A stretch of DNA of 61,090 nt, counting the filler, from Aduncisulcus paluster (lineage: Eukaryota), in the NCBI GenBank assembly GCA_024181965.1. It is 12 parts of 12 records of this genome, joined end to end, with 100 filler letters (N's around TTAATTAATTAA, not from the genome) between each part and the next. Parts side by side here need not be neighbours in the genome. Positions count along the whole stretch, not along the records: positions 49,675 to 57,033 come from BQXS01011123.1; positions 57,134 to 61,090 come from BQXS01011127.1; 10 more parts are not named here. One strand, given 5' to 3'. Shown one piece after another: positions 54,701-61,090 of the stretch. Within the stretch, counting starts at the first letter, position 1. Each line of letters starts with the position of its first letter. The position numbers and the translations under genes are program-made. The notes beneath the pieces were generated by a model that saw nothing but the letters and a program-made list of their open reading frames with translations, was not told the DNA's origin and made no database searches.

Positions 54701-57033
54701 AATCTTGGATTGCCAAATACTTATTATTATGACGGAGAGGAAGAGGAAGAAGAAGAAGAAGAGGAAGAGGAAGAGGAGGAAGAGAAAGGAAAGGGAATTA
54801 CTATCAGGCCAACCTTCTTCTTCTCTCTCTTCTTCCTCAGCATCAACTGAAACCTCATTATCGGATACCATTGGCTGTGAACCTTCAACCGTAGCCACTC
54901 AATCTGATGTCATTGATGATACTGAATCTGCTCTCATACAATCTCGAGTGAATCGAAACCTTGGTTTTACCCACTCAGTTTATGCCTTCGGAAGTACCTT
55001 AGAATCGTCTCTGTGTGAAATGAATCTTGGATTGCCAAATACTTATTATTATGACGGAGAGGAAGAGGAAGAAGAAGAAGAAGAGGAAGAGGAAGAGAAG
55101 GAAGAGAAAGGAAAGGGAATTACTATCAGGCCAACCTTCTTCTTCTCTCTCTTCTTCCTCAGCATCAACTGAAACCTCATTATCGGATACCATTGGCTGT
55201 GAACCTTCAACCGTAGCCACTCAATCTGATGTCATTGATGATACTGAATCTGCTCTCATACAATCTCGAGTGAATCGAAACCTTGGTTTTACCCACTCAG
55301 TTTATGCCTTCGGAAGTACCTTAGAATCGTCTCTGTGTGAAATGAATCTTGGATTGCCAAATACTTATTATTATGACGGAGAGGAAGAGGAAGAAGAAGA
55401 AGAAGAGGAAGAGGAAGAGGAGGAAGAGGAAGGAAAGGGAATTACTATCAGGCCAACCTTCTTCTTCTCTCTCTTCTTCCTCAGCATCAACTGAAACCTC
55501 ATTATCGGATACCATTGGCTGTGAACCTTCAACCGTAGCCACTCAATCTGATGTCATTGATGATACTGAATCTGCTCTCATACAATCTCGAGTGAATCGA
55601 AACCTTGGTTTTACCCACTCAGTTTATGCCTTCGGAAGTACCTTAGAATCGTCTCTGTGTGAAATGAATCTTGGATTGCCAAATACTTATTATTATGACG
55701 GAGAGGAAGAGGAAGAAGAAGAAGAAGAGGAAGAGGAAGAGGAGGAAGAGGAAGAAGACGAAGAAGACGAAGAAGAACAAGAGGAAGAAGAAGACGAAGA
55801 CGAAGACGAAGAATTAACAATGCAACAATATGTTGACAAAGTTCTTAAAAAAGACTCTGAAGAACTCTTAGAACTTTCCTCTAAATTGATATTACCGTCC
55901 ACTTTATCTCCCAGGAAAAAGAAAGAGAAGAAAAACAAGAAGAAGAAATCCAAAGATATTCATGGACTTGAATCAGTTCTCTCTTCTTCTCTATCTTCTT
56001 CTCTATCTTCTTCTCTCTCTACCTTCTCATCTTCACTGACAGCTTCCCTAACTATAAATAGATTCCAATATACTCATCTCGATCATATTCATGCGACTGT
56101 AATGCGTGATAGAAGAGCCAAGATACGAGAACTTATTAGGACTATGGCAGAGAAGTTGGCTGGTTTAAGCGACAGAGTGAGTGATTCTGAAGAGGAAAGA
56201 GTACAACACGAGACTATCAATGATATCCGAAAGATTTTGCGGGAAGTACGAGAGGAGAATGAATGGGGTGAGGCTGGGAATGAAATTGAAGAGAGACAAC
56301 GAGTCAGTCAATACAAAAAGCTTTTGCGACAGAGAGAAGAAGAGGAAGAGCGGAAGAGGAGAGAAGAAGAAGAGAGGAAAAAGGAGGAAGAACAAGAGAA
56401 AAAAGAAGAGGAAGAGAGAGAGAGAGAAAATGGGAAAGAAGAAGGAAAAGCGGAAGAGAAGAAAGGAGAGAAGGAATCGTTATCTAAATTGTCCAAATAT
56501 ACAAAGAAAAAGAAGACATTAGTTAACAAGGAAAAGAAAGAAAAAGAAAGGAAAGAGAAGAAGGAAAGAAGAGCAAGTAGAAGAAATAGTTCTGGAAATT
56601 CCAATGCTGGTCCATCTTCTTCTTCGACTTCTTCTCAATCCTCTAATTCTGGTCTAAAAATAGATTCTAACACCGGTGTGGCTCATTCGAACGATGAAGA
56701 AAAATCATATTCCAAGTATTACCATGAAAAAGATTCTCATTTCAAAAAATCTCTAAAATCTAAAATATCTCTCCCTTCTTCTCTTGAGTCATGTTCCATA
56801 CCTTCTCAATGTTCTATTCTTAGCTCAGACAGTGCGTTATCTGCCCTTCCTGTGCCCCCTTCTCTTCCTTTCTTCAATTCACCCCTGTTGGATGCTGCTA
56901 GAAGCTCTGCATACCGTCATGATCCTCGATTCCAAAGCCTATGTAGATGTTTTGAAAGATATTACCCAGCTCGGCCCGCAGAGTTGACTTCTCTTGACTC
57001 TGGTATGAGTATGCTCTCCTCATCATCTCACAC
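51753..57033 (+). CDS. Large low-complexity hypothetical protein, disrupted by a frameshift in the GA tract (~53505-53620) and by tandem repeats; 3'-truncated
   Basis: Consecutive ORFs in shifting frames (51753-53684, 53443-54528 ... 55349-linker) share repeated blocks. Confidence 0.55.
53620..55990. repeat. Six near-identical copies of a ~250-bp core (mostly 322-bp period), plus two copies of a ~240-bp extension
   Basis: Core TCTCTCTTCTTCCTCAGCATCAACTG starts at ~53657, 54180, 54501, 54823, 55145 and 55467. Junctions fall in GAA/GAG and TCT microsatellites. Confidence 0.92.
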
Positions 57034-58048
57034 NNNNNNNNNNNNNNNNNNNNNNNNNNNNNNNNNNNNNNNNNNNNTTAATTAATTAANNNNNNNNNNN
57101 NNNNNNNNNNNNNNNNNNNNNNNNNNNNNNNNNCATCAGCATATTTTGATATTCTCCATTAAACTGAAGTGAACTATACCTACATTCTCTAATACCCAAT
57201 TTTTAATCAATACTTGGTTTCATTGCTTCTTATTCACTCTCGACTCCTTTCTAAAATGACTTAGCTTATTTCGATGGCTCTAGAGAGTAGCATCATGATG
57301 CCTTGTCTTGCTAAATCTTCTCAATATACGTTTGCTGTTCCCTTTTTTCAGAAATTTCTATTGATTACCGTACACTCATTCCTTCCTACTCCTCGGTTCT
57401 TTAGTTACACACTATGTGCAACTTTTGTTCACTAGTTTTTTCACTACATTGTTTACTTGGTAGAGTTTGCCTTTCGGTGTCTTCGTCTCTATGCTGAATA
57501 CACTACAATCAGTATCCTTCTTGTCTGAAACTTTATCGTACTGCAGTCAGTCTGTTACCACCTAATATACCCTTTAATATCCTTCAATGCCTTTCTTTTC
57601 TCTTTTTATTTCTGTCTTTTTAGTATCTCCCCTTCCCTAATAAATGCATCCAGTTTTCGGATATTTTGGATAGTTTTCTCTCGAGGGGAATTAACACATA
57701 GTGACGCTATTTAAATTTTAATATATTATTAAATACATAATTTTAGATTAATAAATTATTAAATTATCTTAAGAAATGTATAATATGATGATTTAGAGTC
57801 GATCTCCATTTTTTGCTACAAATTCTATTTATTTTGCATTATTTGTATGTTAAATATAATTTATATTGGATTATGTATTCATTGTTTTTCCTCTTTTCAT
57901 TATTGTCGATTTACTTTATTATTTTTAACAAATATGCGATTTTTGTCTTACTTGTGCCTATTTTGACCATAATTCCTGATCTTTTTCGTCGATAAAATAT
58001 TATTAATGTCATAATATAAAGATTATATTCTGCGTTACACCATTAATA

Positions 58049-59188
58049 ATGAGTTCACCAAAATCTGCAATCTCCAGTCCAAGAATAGAAGAAATGGAAG
58101 TTCAAATCATTAATCCAGAGTTTATTCATAATGGCAATTGCCATTGTATTCCAATTCCAAGAGATTCCCCAATAATTCGGAGAATGGATATTTTTTCAAT
58201 CAAAGCTAGAAATGAAACCAAGAAATCCGATGATAAAACATTCGATCAAAGTTACAACGCACAACATATGATGAAAGGAGAGTGGAATGATGGAGAATTT
58301 ACTCATATTTCCCTTCCTTTCCGTCCCATATCCTCTCTTACTGGCTTAAAAGGTGTTTATATCTGTATATCCAATGTTTTCGAAAGAGATTCGCCTCCAT
58401 CGCATCTTATATTTACTTTTACATCTTCAAAGGGGGAGAAAATATCCAAGAAATATGATTTTTTTAAAAAAATTTATGGTGATTATTGGTATTTCCTTCC
58501 TGTTGATCTCTCTGATGTTGTTCTGTGTGAGATTACAGGGAAAGGAAGGATAAAATCGGAGTTTAAAATCTCTTCTCTGGCTTTTATTCGTGAAGAAACC
58601 CCTGAAGAAACTATAGTTTATAAAACCAGAGATAAACTCTGGTGTGAAACTCCAGTTGTGAAACCAGAGTTTATTAAGGAAGGACGCTCAGAAATTCATG
58701 GTGGAGATTCTATTCCCATTCCTCGTGATGATCCAACGATTGTTGATCCTTTATTCTCAATGGTTAAGGGGAAACTTGATTCGATGAGTAAGGAATCTGA
58801 GAGCTATGAACAAAATTTCCAAGTCCAAAAAATGTTAAAAGGAGAATGTAGTGTAACTTTATCCCATCTTTCCATTCCATTTCCATCACCTTGTCCAATG
58901 AAAGGTGCTTATATCTGTGTTCATAAATATTTAAGTTCACCCTCTCTTCTCTTCACTTTCACTGATTGTGATGGTAAGAAGACCTTCAAGAAGTATGAAT
59001 TCACAAGAGCTGGACACAGTTATGAATGGTATTTCCTTCATATTGATTTAGATAATGTTGTATTGTGTGAGATTGAAGGGAAAGGAAGATGGAATTTGAA
59101 AAAAAGTCGAGATTTTTGTATACAATCTCTTGTATTTACTATGCCGGAGGAACCAAGTGGTGGATTAGCCACCAAATTTGATGAATAA
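58049..59188 (+). CDS. Two-copy domain-X protein, paralogue of 8073-9233
   Basis: Long near-identical blocks with the 8073-9233 product (FLPVDL.DVVLCEITGKGR, LSHLSIPFPSP.PMKGAY.CV.KY..SPSLLFTFTD.DGKK, IDLDNVVLCEIEGKG.W). Confidence 0.88.
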   Translation: MSSPKSAISSPRIEEMEVQIINPEFIHNGNCHCIPIPRDSPIIRRMDIFSIKARNETKKSDDKTFDQSYNAQHMMKGEWNDGEFTHISLPFRPISSLTGLKGVYICISNVFERDSPPSHLIFTFTSSKGEKISKKYDFFKKIYGDYWYFLPVDLSDVVLCEITGKGRIKSEFKISSLAFIREETPEETIVYKTRDKLWCETPVVKPEFIKEGRSEIHGGDSIPIPRDDPTIVDPLFSMVKGKLDSMSKESESYEQNFQVQKMLKGECSVTLSHLSIPFPSPCPMKGAYICVHKYLSSPSLLFTFTDCDGKKTFKKYEFTRAGHSYEWYFLHIDLDNVVLCEIEGKGRWNLKKSRDFCIQSLVFTMPEEPSGGLATKFDE

Positions 59189-59578
59189 GATCCATATCAT
59201 CCATGCTGATTCGTTAACACAACCAGAACAGTATTTCTTAGCTTAATTCTTTTCTACTATACTGTACTATACTATACTCACTCTCTGAGAATATACTGTA
59301 CAAGTACACTGTAAGTTCTGATATATTCTTAAATGGGGGAAGCTTCAGAGGAATGTACTGAATCTCGGGTCAGATATAATGAAGGGCCTTATTGAAGGAT
59401 TAGGAAAATATCTTTTCGACTTGAAGCTTTAATGTAGACATAACTGAGATAATATGTTTATGGTTGATGAAACTACCCACAGTATAGTATCTTACAACAA
59501 GAAATAAGAAATTTGGGATTAGAGGGCTCTGAGAGAGAAACACAAGGAGTCACAACACAAATTAGTGCAGTATAATAA

Positions 59579-60481
59579 TTATTGGAAGCAAGAAATACGA
59601 GGAATAAGAGCTGGAACAGTGGAGAACATGGATATGAGTTTGTCCCAGTATTCTTTTCCTCCCCCTAAAGACCATCTCGGTTTTATCGTTGTATTCCACC
59701 CATCAAGAAGATCATTAATATTATCATAGATTTCAACAGCATGTGATGGATCACAACATAAGTGGGAGAAGAATAATAAAACTCTTTCATGGCCATTCCC
59801 AAGAATCTTATCCCCAACAAACTCTCTCTTAACAACATCAAGAACAGGGTGGAAGAGAGGCCAAGCTTCAGAACAGAGTGATTTGTTGGGGGTTGAATTA
59901 TCACTTGAGAGGGTGATTTGTGATAGAATATACATCCATTTTCCATAACACTTACTATTATTGTATGTCCTCAACCACTCTCTTATATATGGTTTGATGA
60001 GGGTGAAAATAGAGGATCGAGTGGAAGTAGAGGGAGAATTAGAGATGTTTCCGAGAGTATTTAATAAATCTAGAGCAACATAACCTCCCAATTTCTCCTT
60101 ACTTCCTCTCTCAAAAATGTGTTGGAAAGTGGGGGAGATCTTTGGAAGGAAGGAATCCCATTTATCTTGAACTTTGAAAGTATAATCAACACAAATCTCA
60201 CAATACTCTTCATCAACATCTCCTTCCAACAATTCCTCACATCTGGATAGATGATTAATGAAAGTGTCAATGAGATCATTCAGATCAGGAAGAGGGAGAA
60301 AGATCTTATTTCCAGAAATATCATGATAAACAAACCAGTTTAAACACTGAGCACAAAGAACAATTTCTCTCTTGTGCTCTTCAATCTCACTCTTTGATTG
60401 GAATGTAAGGAAGACAGAAAGAATCTCATCTCGATGTTCATGATAGAGTTTGGAAGCGGATTCTGAGTCAGAACATTTCAC
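59579..60481 (-). CDS. Alpha-helical (ARM-like) domain homologous to the C-terminal module of the kinase at 31180-32280; no ATG found, so a fragment or an unresolved upstream exon
   Basis: LIKPYIREWLRTY...W..ILSQITL..DN..P.K..CS..W..FHPVLDVVK...LLFFS.L...P.HAVEIY aligns with the kinase's LLLPHILPWIKKY...W..ILKNITL..DN..P.K..SS..W..FHPVLDVIK...LLFFANL...P.QAVEVY. Confidence 0.7.
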   Translation of the reverse strand: MKCSDSESASKLYHEHRDEILSVFLTFQSKSEIEEHKREIVLCAQCLNWFVYHDISGNKIFLPLPDLNDLIDTFINHLSRCEELLEGDVDEEYCEICVDYTFKVQDKWDSFLPKISPTFQHIFERGSKEKLGGYVALDLLNTLGNISNSPSTSTRSSIFTLIKPYIREWLRTYNNSKCYGKWMYILSQITLSSDNSTPNKSLCSEAWPLFHPVLDVVKREFVGDKILGNGHERVLLFFSHLCCDPSHAVEIYDNINDLLDGWNTTIKPRWSLGGGKEYWDKLISMFSTVPALIPRISCFQ

Positions 60482-60731
60482 GATTGTTAGTATGATGGTA
60501 TTACAATGTTGTTTATTTATTATTGACAGAAACTATTATTATTATTTATTATTTTGAAGTTATCATCTTATTATATTAAAGGATTAAGAATGTTTTATTT
60601 TTTGGTTCCGGTTTGGTTTCAAATCCAAAAACTGGGAATTTATATTTTATTTCAAAATAGTAAATTTGCTCCAAGCATAAATTCTGTAGAACAGCTAACA
60701 ATAATATTATTGAACAAATGCCAGCTACAGT

Positions 60732-61088
60732 TCAAACTACAAGTGGTGCAACGGTAGACGTACCGTGTTTGCGCAAATACACTTTGGAAGATCTCAATGA
60801 ATTTTTCTTGAGATATGATGCATATAAATCGAATCCGAGAGTTTCGAGTCCTTCTTCTTGGATAAGGTTGATCGATCCGGCCCTGCTTTCATCGTTGAAA
60901 GATATTTTGGGTTTTGGAGTCATTGATAGTACTGAAGAATTAAAAAAGTTCAAAAAGGCTTTGTATGAACTTGACGGTCCTACTTCTTCATTTGATTTGC
61001 ACACTGAACTTGCTGGGGTGTGTATGAAGAAAGATTTGTCGGTGGTATCCTTTATTGAGTACGTAAAATCGTTCAAGGCGAAGGTACA
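60732..61088 (-). CDS. C-terminal fragment of a hypothetical protein
   Basis: The frame is open from the window end to the stop at 60732, and an AT-rich region follows. No motif recognised. Confidence 0.4.
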   Translation of the reverse strand, partial: CTFALNDFTYSIKDTTDKSFFIHTPASSVCKSNEEVGPSSSYKAFLNFFNSSVLSMTPKPKISFNDESRAGSINLIQEEGLETLGFDLYASYLKKNSLRSSKVYLRKHGTSTVAPLVV

Positions 61089-61090
61089 AC

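Noticed and set aside
53620-55990. Tandem array as a CRISPR or programmed-frameshift system
   Set aside because: There are no unique spacers, the units are far too long, and junctions lie in microsatellites. An assembly loop is the simpler explanation.
5209-56987. Numerous overlapping antisense and alternate-frame ORFs in the ORF track
   Set aside because: They are shadows of real genes, caused by Ser/Glu codon repeats and stop-poor composition, with no independent motifs.
4912-57133. Regularly recurring TTAATTAATTAA motif (CRISPR-like or TTAA/piggyBac-like sites)
   Set aside because: It is always centred in exactly 44+44 N, so it is an artificial six-frame-stop linker.
57134-57660. Purine-rich minus strand resembling a decayed coding sequence or transposon
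   Set aside because: The frame I translated has repeated stops, the ORF track lists no ORF here, and no motif is identifiable.
60486-60492. Perfect TACTAAC branch-point on the minus strand upstream of the helical-domain ORF
   Set aside because: It lies in an open frame (CNTIILTIVKCSD) that looks like continuous coding sequence, and the other predicted introns lack this motif. Likely chance.

Overview
This is not one continuous locus. It is 12 short contigs (about 4-7 kb each) joined by 11 artificial 100-nt linkers (N44-TTAATTAATTAA-N44), so adjacency across linkers means nothing. The DNA is from a gene-dense, intron-poor eukaryote. Intergenic regions are AT-rich, proteins carry many poly-Ser/poly-Glu tracts, and all three standard stop codons are used. 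Style and gene families suggest an anaerobic free-living fornicate such as Aduncisulcus paluster (inference, not verified). Recognisable genes include a thioredoxin/PDI-like protein, TRM1 (3' part), an LRR+EGF membrane protein, a BPI/LBP-like N-domain, a Ser/Thr kinase, a Cache-domain (CACHD1/alpha2delta-like) protein, a kinesin, xanthine dehydrogenase (3' part), a TMEM151-like protein and tRNA-His(GTG). The window opens with the 3' end of a PIF/Harbinger-like DDE transposase. The main leads are: (1) a stand-alone eRF1 stop-codon-recognition domain with altered decoding motifs, fused to an unrelated protein without GGQ; (2) a kinase gene enclosed by near-identical ~456-bp inverted repeats, each carrying an inward-facing ATG micro-exon and splice donor (Pack-MULE-like); (3) an uncharacterised tandem domain ('domain X') at four loci, both stand-alone and fused to kinase and helical modules; (4) a phage-tail-fibre-like repeat plus beta-propeller protein on a eukaryotic contig. 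All family calls come from motif recognition by eye; no searches were run.
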